The translations under genes were made by a program, and so were the position numbers. From positions 900,001 through 932,000 of the forward strand of contig NZ_CP066019.1 in NCBI RefSeq assembly GCF_016127575.1: a stretch of DNA of 32,000 nucleotides. Direction: 5' to 3'. The notes beneath the pieces are model-generated. The model did no database searches and had not been told where the DNA came from. It saw only the letters and a list, made by a program, of their open reading frames with translations. Source of the DNA: Cupriavidus necator. GTDB lineage: Bacteria; Pseudomonadota; Gammaproteobacteria; Burkholderiales; Burkholderiaceae. Positions 16,954 to 25,234 of the stretch are shown in pieces (position 1 is the stretch's first letter; every line of letters begins with the position of its first letter).

Positions 16954-17652
16954 ATGTCCTACGTCTTCACGCCCCCCGCCACCGTTTCCATCCCCGTTGC
17001 CGGCAGCGACGACCAGTTCGCCGTGCGCCGCGTCTATTGCGTGGGCCGCAACTACGCCGCCCATGCGCGCGAGATGGGCTTCGATCCCGACCGCGAGCCG
17101 CCGTTCTTCTTCTGCAAGCCGGCGGACGCGATCGTCCCGGTGCAGGCAGGTACCACGCTGGACCTGCCGTATCCGGCGCAGACGCAGAACTACCACTACG
17201 AGGCCGAGCTGGTGGCCGTGATCGGCAAGGCTGGTTCGGATATCCCGGTCGAACAGGCACTCGAACACGTCTGGGGCTATGCCGTCGGCCTCGACATGAC
17301 CCGCCGCGACCTGCAGATGAAGATGCGCGAAATGGGCCGCCCCTGGGAAATCGGCAAGGCCTTCGATGCCTCGGCGCCGGTCGCCCCGATCCACCGCGCC
17401 AGCGAGATCGGGCATCCGCAGCAGGCCGGCATCTGGCTGACCGTCAACGGTGACACGAAGCAGCGCAGCGACGTGTCGCACCTGATCTGGTCGGTAGCAG
17501 AGACGGTGGCCTACCTGTCGCAGTTCTTCCGCCTGGAACCGGGCGATGTGATCTTTACCGGCACACCGGAAGGCGTGGGCGCGGTCAAGGCCGGCGAGAC
17601 CATGGTCACGGGCGTGGACGGCCTCGGCGAACTGGCCGTGCGCGTGGTCTGA
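16954..17652 (+). CDS. mhbH: Fumarylpyruvate hydrolase (FAH family)
   Basis: 232 aa. FAH-family motifs VGRNYAAHAREMG, YEAELVAVIGK and IFTGTPEGVG. Sits in the gentisate cluster. Confidence 0.85.
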   Translation: MSYVFTPPATVSIPVAGSDDQFAVRRVYCVGRNYAAHAREMGFDPDREPPFFFCKPADAIVPVQAGTTLDLPYPAQTQNYHYEAELVAVIGKAGSDIPVEQALEHVWGYAVGLDMTRRDLQMKMREMGRPWEIGKAFDASAPVAPIHRASEIGHPQQAGIWLTVNGDTKQRSDVSHLIWSVAETVAYLSQFFRLEPGDVIFTGTPEGVGAVKAGETMVTGVDGLGELAVRVV

Positions 17653-17684
17653 ACCTCTGAATCGCAGCACAGGCATTACCGATC

Positions 17685-18326
17685 ATGCAGCTCTATAGTT
17701 TCTTCAACAGCTCCACGTCCTACCGGGTGCGCATCGCGCTGGCCCTCAAGGGCCTGCCGTACGACTACCTGCCGGTCAATATCCGCACCGGCCAGCACCG
17801 CGAGCCGGAATATGTCGGAAGCATCAACCCGTCCGCGACCGTGCCCGCGCTGGTGGATGGCAGTTTTGCGCTCGGACAGTCGTTCGCGATCATCGACTAC
17901 CTGGACGCGCTCCAGCCGGTGCCGCGCCTGCTGCCGCAAGACCCGGTGCAGCGCGCGCGGGTGCTGGAACTGGCCACGCTGATCGGCTGCGACATCCACC
18001 CGGTCAACAACCTGCGCGTGCTGCGCTACCTGCAGGACGTGCTGAAGGTCACGCCCGAGCAGAAGGATGCCTGGTACCGCCACTGGATCGATGAAGGCAT
18101 GGCCGGCGTGGAGCGCCTGCTGGCGCAGCACGGGCATGGCAGGTGGTGCTTCGGCGATGCGCCGACGCTCGCTGACGTCACGCTGGTGCCGCAAGTTGCC
18201 AACGCCCTGCGCATGGGCTGCGACCTGAGCCGGTACCAGCGCGCGATGGCGGTCTACGCACACGCCAGCGTCCATCCCGCCTTTGCCCAGGCCGCGCCAG
18301 CGCACCAGCCCGACTACACCGCCTGA
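17685..18326 (+). CDS. mhbI: Glutathione-dependent maleylpyruvate isomerase (GST zeta / maiA-nagL type)
   Basis: 213 aa. MQLYSFFNSSTSYRVRIALALKG is the zeta-class GST N-terminus. Sits in the gentisate cluster. Confidence 0.85.
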   Translation: MQLYSFFNSSTSYRVRIALALKGLPYDYLPVNIRTGQHREPEYVGSINPSATVPALVDGSFALGQSFAIIDYLDALQPVPRLLPQDPVQRARVLELATLIGCDIHPVNNLRVLRYLQDVLKVTPEQKDAWYRHWIDEGMAGVERLLAQHGHGRWCFGDAPTLADVTLVPQVANALRMGCDLSRYQRAMAVYAHASVHPAFAQAAPAHQPDYTA

Positions 18327-18353
18327 CGCCACCACGCAGGCCAGGAGACAAGC

Positions 18354-19568
18354 ATGAGCAGTACCAACAACGCGACCGGCAAGGTCCTCATCATCGGCGG
18401 CGGCATCGGCGGCCTCGCCGCTGCGCTGGCGCTCGCACGCCAGGGCATCCGCATCGAACTGCTGGAACAGGCCGAGCAGATCGGCGAGATCGGCGCGGGC
18501 ATCCAGCTGGCCGCCAACGCCTTTGCCGCACTGGATGCGCTGGGCGTAGGCGAAGCTGCGCGCAGCCGGGCTGTCTTTACCGACTACCTCAGCCTGCGCG
18601 ATGCGATCGATACCAGCGTGATCGCCGAGGTTGACGTTGGGCAGGCGTATCGTGAACGCTTCGGCAACCCCTATGCGGTGATCCATCGCGCTGATATCCA
18701 CGTGTCGATCCTGGAGGCGGTGCAGGACCATCCGCTGATCACTTTTCGCACGAGCACGCGCGTGGAGCGGTTACTGCAGGACGACAAGGGTGTGACCGTG
18801 ATCGACCAGCACGGCGAGCATCACCATGGCGACGCGGTGATCGGCTGCGACGGCGTCAAGTCCGCCATCCGCCAGGCATTGATCGGCGATGAGCCCCGCG
18901 TCACCGGCCATGTGGTCTACCGCGCCGTGGTCGACGTCGCCGACATGCCGCAGGACCTGCAGGTCAATGCACCGGTGGTGTGGGCCGGCCCGCACTGCCA
19001 CCTGGTCCACTACCCGCTGCGCGGCGGCCAGCAGTACAACTTGGTGGTGACCTTCCACAGCCGCGAGCAGGAAACCTGGGGCGTGCGCGACGGCAGCAAG
19101 GCGGAAGTGCTGTCGTACTTCGAAGGCATCCATCCGCTGCCACACCAGATGCTGGACCGGCCCACTTCCTGGAAGCGCTGGGCCACCGCCGACCGCGACC
19201 CGGTCGAGCGCTGGAGCTTCGGCCGCGCCACCATCCTGGGCGATGCCGCACACCCGATGACCCAATACGTGGCCCAGGGCGCCTGCCAGGCGCTGGAAGA
19301 CGCAGTCACGCTGGGCGCCGCGGTGCAGGCCGCCGGCGGCGACTACGAGGCAGCATTCAAGCTGTACGAGCAGGCCCGCATCCCGCGTACCGCGCGCGTG
19401 CTGTACGCCGCGCGCGACATGGGCCGCGTCTACCACGCCAAGGGTGTGGACCGCCTGGTGCGCAACAGCCTGTGGACTGGCCGCACGCAGGCGCAGTTCT
19501 ACGACGCGCTGCAGTGGCTGCATGGCTGGCGTGCCGACCAGTGCCTGAGCCCCACGCCGTGGCTGTAA
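18354..19568 (+). CDS. mhbM: 3-Hydroxybenzoate 6-hydroxylase (FAD-dependent aromatic monooxygenase)
   Basis: 404 aa. GXGXXG (IIGGGIGGLAAALAL) and FAD motif GDAAHPMTQYVAQGACQALEDA. Sits in the gentisate cluster. Confidence 0.85.
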   Translation: MSSTNNATGKVLIIGGGIGGLAAALALARQGIRIELLEQAEQIGEIGAGIQLAANAFAALDALGVGEAARSRAVFTDYLSLRDAIDTSVIAEVDVGQAYRERFGNPYAVIHRADIHVSILEAVQDHPLITFRTSTRVERLLQDDKGVTVIDQHGEHHHGDAVIGCDGVKSAIRQALIGDEPRVTGHVVYRAVVDVADMPQDLQVNAPVVWAGPHCHLVHYPLRGGQQYNLVVTFHSREQETWGVRDGSKAEVLSYFEGIHPLPHQMLDRPTSWKRWATADRDPVERWSFGRATILGDAAHPMTQYVAQGACQALEDAVTLGAAVQAAGGDYEAAFKLYEQARIPRTARVLYAARDMGRVYHAKGVDRLVRNSLWTGRTQAQFYDALQWLHGWRADQCLSPTPWL

Positions 19569-19675
19569 GCCGCTGTCGCAGCTTTTCTTCGCAGTCAATC
19601 CGTCGATCTGGCGGCCGCGCATAAGGCAGCCGGACGTGACTCGCCCCTAATCCTGGCATCAAGGAGGAGACCACC

Positions 19676-21016
19676 ATGCCTGCCAGCCAACCCCTGAACG
19701 TCACCGCGTTCATCGACCGCCAGCCGCTGTCGGCGTTCCAGGTGAGCATCGTCGTGCTGTGCTTCCTGATCGTTGCGGTCGATGGCTTCGATACCGCGGC
19801 GATCGGCTTCATCGCACCAGCCATCCGCGCGGAATGGCAGCTGACGCCGGCCCAGCTGGCGCCGCTGTTCGGCGCCGGACTCGGCGGCCTGATGGTCGGC
19901 GCCTTCCTCTTCGGCCCGCTGGCCGACCGCTTCGGCCGCAAGGGCGTGCTGGTGCTGTCGGTGCTGTTCTTCGGTGCCGCCAGCCTGGCCTCGGCCTGGT
20001 CGCAGGACCTGTGGATGCTGGTGCTGCTGCGCTTCCTGACCGGCCTGGGCCTGGGCGGAGCCATGCCCAACGCCATCACGCTGACCTCGGAGTTCTGTCC
20101 GGAAAAGCGGCGCTCGTTCCTGGTCACGACCATGTTTTGCGGCTTCACGCTGGGCTCGGCTTTCGGCGGCCTGGCTTCCGCCGGGCTGATCGATGCCTTT
20201 GGCTGGCGCTCGGTGCTGGTGGCCGGCGGGGTCATGCCGCTGGTGCTGGCGGCGCTGCTGCTGTGGCTGCTGCCGGAATCGGTGCGCTACCTCGTGCTGG
20301 CCGGCAAGCAGCGCGAACGCATCGTCGCCACGCTGCAGAAGATCGCGCCGCAAGCCGACCTGCGCGACGCCACCTTCGTGGTCGGCGAACAGCGCAGCAC
20401 CAGCTCGCCCGTGCGGCACCTGTTCCGGCCCGAGCTGCTGCGGGGCACGCTGCTGTTCTGGCTGACGTTCTTCATGAGCCTGCTGGTGATCTACCTGCTG
20501 TCCAGCTGGCTGCCGACGCTGCTGCGCACCGCGGGCCATTCGCTGCGCACGGCCGCGCTGGTGACAACCATGTTCCAGGTCGGCGGGACGGTGGGGGCGA
20601 TTGCGCTGGGTTGGCTGATGGACCGGATCAATCCGCACTATGTGCTGGCGTCCAGCTACTCACTGGCGGCGCTTGGCATCGCGGCGGTGGGCAGCGTTGC
20701 TTCCGAGCCGGTGGCTGCGGGCATGGCGGTGTTCCTTGCGGGCTTCTGCGTCTCAGGGTCGCAGGTGGGTGCGAATGCGCTGTCAGCCAGCTTCTATCCG
20801 ACCGACTGCCGTGCCACAGGCGTGAGCTGGGCCAACGGCGTTGGCCGGATGGGGTCGGTGGTGGGGTCGGTCGGCGGGGCGACGATGCTGTCGATGGGGT
20901 TGGGGATGCCGGCGTTGTTTGCACTGATCGGCGTGCCGGCACTGGTCGCAGGGTTGTCGATGTTCTCGTTGGGGATGGTCAGGCGTCAGAGGGCGGTGGA
21001 GCGCCTGGCAGTCTGA
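19676..21016 (+). CDS. mhbT: MFS aromatic acid:H+ symporter (3-hydroxybenzoate/gentisate/4-hydroxybenzoate transporter type)
   Basis: 446 aa, 12-TM-like. MFS loop motif GPLADRFGRK. AAGGAGGAG SD. Confidence 0.85.
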   Translation: MPASQPLNVTAFIDRQPLSAFQVSIVVLCFLIVAVDGFDTAAIGFIAPAIRAEWQLTPAQLAPLFGAGLGGLMVGAFLFGPLADRFGRKGVLVLSVLFFGAASLASAWSQDLWMLVLLRFLTGLGLGGAMPNAITLTSEFCPEKRRSFLVTTMFCGFTLGSAFGGLASAGLIDAFGWRSVLVAGGVMPLVLAALLLWLLPESVRYLVLAGKQRERIVATLQKIAPQADLRDATFVVGEQRSTSSPVRHLFRPELLRGTLLFWLTFFMSLLVIYLLSSWLPTLLRTAGHSLRTAALVTTMFQVGGTVGAIALGWLMDRINPHYVLASSYSLAALGIAAVGSVASEPVAAGMAVFLAGFCVSGSQVGANALSASFYPTDCRATGVSWANGVGRMGSVVGSVGGATMLSMGLGMPALFALIGVPALVAGLSMFSLGMVRRQRAVERLAV

Positions 21017-21132
21017 AGGCGGGCGGCCGCGGGAGCCATTGACTGAGGGGGAGGCGCATGGTCGGTCGTCGGGAACACGCTGACCGAGGTCTTCTGCAAC
21101 ACCGTGTGATGCGCGGCCGGCTGCCTGCGCCA

Positions 21133-21804
21133 TCAGCCGAACACCGCCTCCCAGTCGACATCCCCCTTGTCGCGCGGCCCGAGGTTCAGTTCGCGTTCCA
21201 CGTGATCCAGGTGCGCAAGCATCCGCGCGCAGGCGGTAGCGGCATCGCCAGCCTCGATCGCATCGACGATGCCGGAGTGCTCGTCATCCGGGCAAGCCGG
21301 TGCGTTCGGTGCGTTGTAGAGCGCGATGATCAGGCAGGTGAGCGGGCAAAGCTCCCCCATCAGCTTGATGAAAAAACTGTTGCCGCCCAGCTCTGCCAGC
21401 AGCATGTGGAATTCGCCCGTGAGCTTGATCAGGGTGCGATGATCGTTATCCGCGCGGGCGCGGGCCTCCTTGGCCAGGTGTTGGCGCAGGCGGCGTAGCC
21501 CGGCCTTGCCAGCGCGCGCGACCACATTGCAGACAATGTCACGTTCGACCACGCGGCGCGCCGCGAACAAGTCTTGTGCTTCCTGTACCGACGGACTGGT
21601 GACATAGGCACCGCGGTTCGGATGCAGCTGCACCAGTCCTTCCTTGGCCAGGACCGTCAAGGCCTGCCGTATCTTCGTGCGGCTGACGCGAAAAGCCAGT
21701 GCGAGCCGTTCCTCGGCCAGCTTCATGCCAGGCGCAACGCGGTGCTCCATGATGGCCTGGCTGATGCGTTCCGCAATGGAAGGCGCCTCTGCTTTTGCGG
21801 CCAT
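21133..21804 (-). CDS. GntR-family (FadR/FCD subfamily) transcriptional regulator
   Basis: Trimmed from the 275-aa ORF to ATG 21804 (MAAKAEAPSIAERISQAIMEHRVAPGMKLAEERLALAFRVSRTKIRQAL). The all-helical C-terminal domain has His residues typical of FCD. Confidence 0.85.
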   Translation of the reverse strand: MAAKAEAPSIAERISQAIMEHRVAPGMKLAEERLALAFRVSRTKIRQALTVLAKEGLVQLHPNRGAYVTSPSVQEAQDLFAARRVVERDIVCNVVARAGKAGLRRLRQHLAKEARARADNDHRTLIKLTGEFHMLLAELGGNSFFIKLMGELCPLTCLIIALYNAPNAPACPDDEHSGIVDAIEAGDAATACARMLAHLDHVERELNLGPRDKGDVDWEAVFG

Positions 21805-21917
21805 GCTTTGCTGGGTCGTCAACGTTATCTGCTCGATAGGTGGAGAAGTGGCGCCTTTTTGCCCGCATCCGGGATGCTGGTGAAGGCAATCCGGATGCCA
21901 GGCAACGGCTGGAAATA

Positions 21918-21927
21918 TTGTATACAG
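21918..21927. promoter_or_regulatory. GntR-type operator candidate TTGTATACAG (core TGTATACA is a perfect palindrome)
   Basis: Read directly, 114 nt upstream of the GntR start. Fits the GT-N2-AC core of GntR-family operators. Confidence 0.35.
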
Positions 21928-22029
21928 GTTAAAACGGGCCGCCCACAAGAGCCAGCACAAGAAAACAAGGGATTTCCCTCTTCGTGTTTCGGCCGTTGGG
22001 CGAGATATTCTTAATGGCTTCCATCATGG

Positions 22030-22051
22030 TTGTACACAATTTTGTGCACTA
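22030..22051. promoter_or_regulatory. Two adjacent GntR-type sites, TTGTACACAA and TTGTGCACTA, 12 bp centre to centre
   Basis: Read directly. Together they form the imperfect inverted repeat GTACACAA-TT-TTGTGCAC. Confidence 0.3.
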
Positions 22052-22154
22052 AAGTCGGGCGAAGGGCGGGGCGGAGCGAGTGCATGTGGCACGGCGGCGG
22101 TGCGGGCTGACCGCATGCCCATGTCCGGCGTGGGCCAGGCCCGTGACCGGGCAG

Positions 22155-22169
22155 TGGCCCGGAACTTGC
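22155..22169 (+). promoter_or_regulatory. Sigma-54 (-24/-12)-like element TGGCCCG-GAAC-TTGC
   Basis: Matches TGGCACG-N4-TTGC with one mismatch and correct spacing. Its 3' end is 34 nt upstream of the IclR ATG 22204, with an AAGGGGA SD between. Confidence 0.3.
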
Positions 22170-22190
22170 GTCCGCGTGCGGCAACGCAAG
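22165..22190. promoter_or_regulatory. Inverted repeat CTTGCGT-N12-ACGCAAG (inner CCGC/GCGG) overlapping the -12 element
   Basis: Exact 7-bp arms read directly. Could be an operator or a 5'-leader hairpin. Confidence 0.3.
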
Positions 22191-22203
22191 CAAGGGGACT
22201 CAC

Positions 22204-23151
22204 ATGGCAGGCACCACGACCAGGACAAGGGAGGCCAGGAAGGAAGCCGCAACACGGGCGGTGGCGCCTGCCGCCAGCGCCGACCCTCCGTCACGGGAAG
22301 GGCGGGAATGCCGGGACGGCGACAGCACGGTGCAGTCCCTGACGCGCGCGCTCCAGTTGATCGAGCTGTTGTCCGATGACGACGAGGGCTACCGGCTGGT
22401 GGATCTGGCGGCACGCAGCGGCCTGTCTACGTCGACCGTCCATCGCCTGCTGACCACTCTGGAGCAGCGCCAGTTTGTCCAGTTCGATCGCGAGCGCAGC
22501 CTGTGGTACGTGGGCGTGCGTTGCTTCTCGGTGGGTGCCGCTTTCGCCCGCCGGCGCCGCATCAGCGAACTTGCCCTGCCGGTGATGCAACGGTTGAGCG
22601 CGCTGTCCGGGGAGACCGTCAACCTGGGCGTGGCCAGCGACGGGCAGATTGTTTTCGCCTGCCAGGCAGAGGGCCCCCACGGCAGCCGCGCGCTGGCCAG
22701 GCCGGGCCAGCGTGCGCCGCTGCATGGCACGGCCATGGGCCAGGCGGTGCTGGCAGCCAAGAGCGAACCCGACGTGCTGCAATACCTGCGCACCTTTGGC
22801 TTGCCGCGCCTGACCAACAACACCATTGCGCGCCCCTCGCGCCTGCATGAGACCCTGGCCGAAGTGCGCCGGCGCGGCTATGCGGTGGACGACGAGCAGA
22901 ATGCGGTCGGCCTGTGCTGCATTGCCGCCGCGATTTGTGACGAGCACGGCCGGCCCTTCGCCGCGGTCTCGCTGGCCGGTTCCAGCCAGCGCATCGTGCG
23001 TGCCCGTTTCGATGAGCTTGGCGCCTGGGTGCGTTGGGCTGCCACAGAGATCAGCGCAGCCTACGGCGGGCGCTGCACCCGCGTGCCCTGCCCGATGCCA
23101 GTGCCCGCAGCGTCCTTGCCTTTCCACGCGGGCGCGCCGGAAAGCTGTTGA
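22204..23151 (+). CDS. IclR-family transcriptional regulator. The N-terminal ~40 aa are low complexity, so the true start could be downstream, e.g. GTG 22329.
   Basis: VQSLTRALQLIELLS...YRLVDLAARSGLSTSTVHRLLTTLEQRQFV HTH, plus an IclR effector domain (GRAPLHGTAMGQAVLA, GYAVDDEQNAVGLCCIAAAI). Confidence 0.8.
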   Translation: MAGTTTRTREARKEAATRAVAPAASADPPSREGRECRDGDSTVQSLTRALQLIELLSDDDEGYRLVDLAARSGLSTSTVHRLLTTLEQRQFVQFDRERSLWYVGVRCFSVGAAFARRRRISELALPVMQRLSALSGETVNLGVASDGQIVFACQAEGPHGSRALARPGQRAPLHGTAMGQAVLAAKSEPDVLQYLRTFGLPRLTNNTIARPSRLHETLAEVRRRGYAVDDEQNAVGLCCIAAAICDEHGRPFAAVSLAGSSQRIVRARFDELGAWVRWAATEISAAYGGRCTRVPCPMPVPAASLPFHAGAPESC

Positions 23152-23253
23152 TTCTTAAGGGTTTATTCAAGAAGTTCCGGCGTGCGGGAAAGCCGCCGCG
23201 CGGGTCTGGCCATGCGCTTCAATGGAAGCAATGTCACGACCGGCCCCCGCACC

Positions 23254-23913
23254 ATGAAGACCCTGCTTGCCGATACCCCCTGGAGCCGACGGCTTGCCGC
23301 CGGCATTGACCGTATAGCCATCCTGTGCGGATGGTGGCTGATCGTGCTGTCGGTGGCGACCTGCGTCGAAATGCTCGGGCGCAAGCTGGGTGGCTTCAGC
23401 TTGCAGGGTATCGATGAAATCGGCGGCTATACCTACGCCATCCTTGGCGCGTGCGGCTTTGCCTACACCCTGGTCGGGCGCGGCCATACCCGGGTGGACT
23501 TCCTGCTGACGCGCTTTCCGGTCAAGGTGCGGGCCGTGCTCAACCTGCTGGCGATGCTGAGCCTGGCTGCGGTGGCCGGACTCTGTCTCTGGCGCGCCGG
23601 CCATGTGCTGGTGGACACCATCGACCTGCACAGCACCGCGTCCACGCCGCTTGCCACGCCCCTGTGGATGCCCCAGACCCTGTGGCTGGCCGGCTATGCC
23701 CTGTTCGCACTGGTGGCGGCCTGCGCTGCCTGGCACGCCCTGCAGCTGCTGGTGCGGCGCGACTGGGCCCGCCTGAACAGCCAGTTCGGGCCGCAGACCC
23801 TGGCCGAGGAGATCGAGGCGGAGGCGGACATCCGCGTCGCCGCCGCGCCCGCTGAGGGCAATGGCGCAGGCCAGGGCAGCGCTGAAGGCAAGAGCGAAGG
23901 AGCGGCAGCATGA
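23254..23913 (+). CDS. TRAP transporter small permease (DctQ-type) with a hydrophilic Ala/Glu/Gly-rich C-terminal tail
   Basis: Four hydrophobic segments and an IDRIAILCGWWLIVLSVATCVEMLGRK start typical of DctQ. ATGA overlap with the large permease. The start is uncertain (23212 is possible) and no clear SD is visible. Confidence 0.75.
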   Translation: MKTLLADTPWSRRLAAGIDRIAILCGWWLIVLSVATCVEMLGRKLGGFSLQGIDEIGGYTYAILGACGFAYTLVGRGHTRVDFLLTRFPVKVRAVLNLLAMLSLAAVAGLCLWRAGHVLVDTIDLHSTASTPLATPLWMPQTLWLAGYALFALVAACAAWHALQLLVRRDWARLNSQFGPQTLAEEIEAEADIRVAAAPAEGNGAGQGSAEGKSEGAAA

Positions 23914-25217
23914 TCGGTCCCATTGAAATCCTGCTCGGGCTGTGCCTGATGCTGGGGCTGATGTTCCTTGGCTTCCATGTGGCCACCAGCATGCTGGTGG
24001 TGGGCGTGGCCGGGGCGCTGGCCTATTTCGGCATGCCAGCGATCGACGCATTGGGCGAACAGTTGTGGGCAGCCGGCGAGGACTACCTGCTGCTGTCGAT
24101 CCCGCTCTATATCCTGCTGGGCGAGATCCTGATGCGCGGCGGCGCGACGGACAAGATGTACCAGTCGCTCGGCGACTGGCTGAACCGCCTGCCGGGCGGC
24201 CTGCTCCATACCAATATCGGTGCCTCGGCCTTGTTCTCGGCGGTGTCAGGGTCATCGGTGGCCACCGCGGCGACGATTTCCACGGTCGCGCTGCCTTCCT
24301 TCCGCAATCGCGGCTATGACCAGCGCATGGTGCTGGGCTCGATCGCGGCCGGCGCCAGCCTGGGCAACCTGATCCCGCCCGGCGTGGCCTTCATCATCTA
24401 CGGCTCGATGACCAATACTTCGGCGGCGCGGCTGTATGTGGCGGGCGTGCTCCCCGGGGCCATCATGACCGTGCTGTTCCTGGCCACGATCCTGCTGATC
24501 TGCCTGTGGAAGCCCGCGGCGGGCGGCCCGCGCGAGGCCCGTGTGCCGCTGCTCGCCAGGCTGAGCAACTCGCGCCACCTGGCGGGCCCGCTGCTGGTGT
24601 TCACGGTGGTGATGGGCAGCATCTACACCGGCTGGGCCACGGTCACCGAGAGCGCCGCGCTCGGCGTGCTGGTGTGCCTGCCGGTGGCGGCCGCCTACGG
24701 CAAGCTCAGCGTCGCCATGCTGCACGACTGCTTCCGCTCCACGCTGCGCCTGACCGCGATGACCGCGCTGATCCTGGTGGCCGCGCTCTACCTGAACTTC
24801 GTGCTCTCCATGCTGGGGGTGCCGCAGGCGCTGGCCGGCCTGATGAAGCAGGTGGACGTGTCGCCGGCAGTGTTGCTGTGGCTGCTGGCAGCCCTCTACC
24901 TGGTGCTGGGCATCGCGCTGGAGACCATGCCGATGCTGGTCGGCACGGTCCCGGTGGTCTTCCCGATCGTGCAGGCGGCCGGCATCGATCCCGTGTTCTT
25001 CGGCGTGTTCATGGTGCTGATGTGCGAGATCTCGCTGATCAGCCCGCCGATCGGCATGACGCTCTACGTGATCCAGGGCGTGCGCGGCGAAGGATCGATC
25101 AATGAAGTCTTCCAGGGCACGCTGCCGTTCTTTGCCGCCATGGTGGTGATGACCGCCGTGCTGATCCATTTCCCGGCGATTGCCACCTATCTGCCCAACC
25201 TGATGTTCGGGCATTGA
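23910..25217 (+). CDS. TRAP transporter large permease (DctM-type)
   Basis: 435-aa polytopic ORF. Motifs LLSIPLYILLGEILMRGG and ALFSAVSGSSVATAATI are typical of DctM. Confidence 0.9.
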   Translation: MIGPIEILLGLCLMLGLMFLGFHVATSMLVVGVAGALAYFGMPAIDALGEQLWAAGEDYLLLSIPLYILLGEILMRGGATDKMYQSLGDWLNRLPGGLLHTNIGASALFSAVSGSSVATAATISTVALPSFRNRGYDQRMVLGSIAAGASLGNLIPPGVAFIIYGSMTNTSAARLYVAGVLPGAIMTVLFLATILLICLWKPAAGGPREARVPLLARLSNSRHLAGPLLVFTVVMGSIYTGWATVTESAALGVLVCLPVAAAYGKLSVAMLHDCFRSTLRLTAMTALILVAALYLNFVLSMLGVPQALAGLMKQVDVSPAVLLWLLAALYLVLGIALETMPMLVGTVPVVFPIVQAAGIDPVFFGVFMVLMCEISLISPPIGMTLYVIQGVRGEGSINEVFQGTLPFFAAMVVMTAVLIHFPAIATYLPNLMFGH

Positions 25218-25234
25218 CCTCCAAGGAAGCTCCC

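Noticed and set aside
21969-21980. AGGGATTTCCCT, which contains GGGATTTCCC (an NF-kappaB-like decamer)
   Set aside because: A eukaryotic motif resemblance is meaningless in a bacterial context. It is kept only as a minor near-palindrome within the GntR/IclR intergenic finding.
22080-22414. ORFs in the IclR upstream region (22080-22379 +, 22100-22342 +, 22049-22414 -, 22011-22193 -)
   Set aside because: Arg/Pro/Gly-rich translations without motifs that overlap the IclR 5' end and the promoter-like elements. Treated as non-coding.
23198-23212. Possible second sigma-54-like element TGGCCATGCGCTTCA upstream of dctQ
   Set aside because: The -12 element reads TTCA instead of TTGC, so the essential GC dinucleotide is lost.
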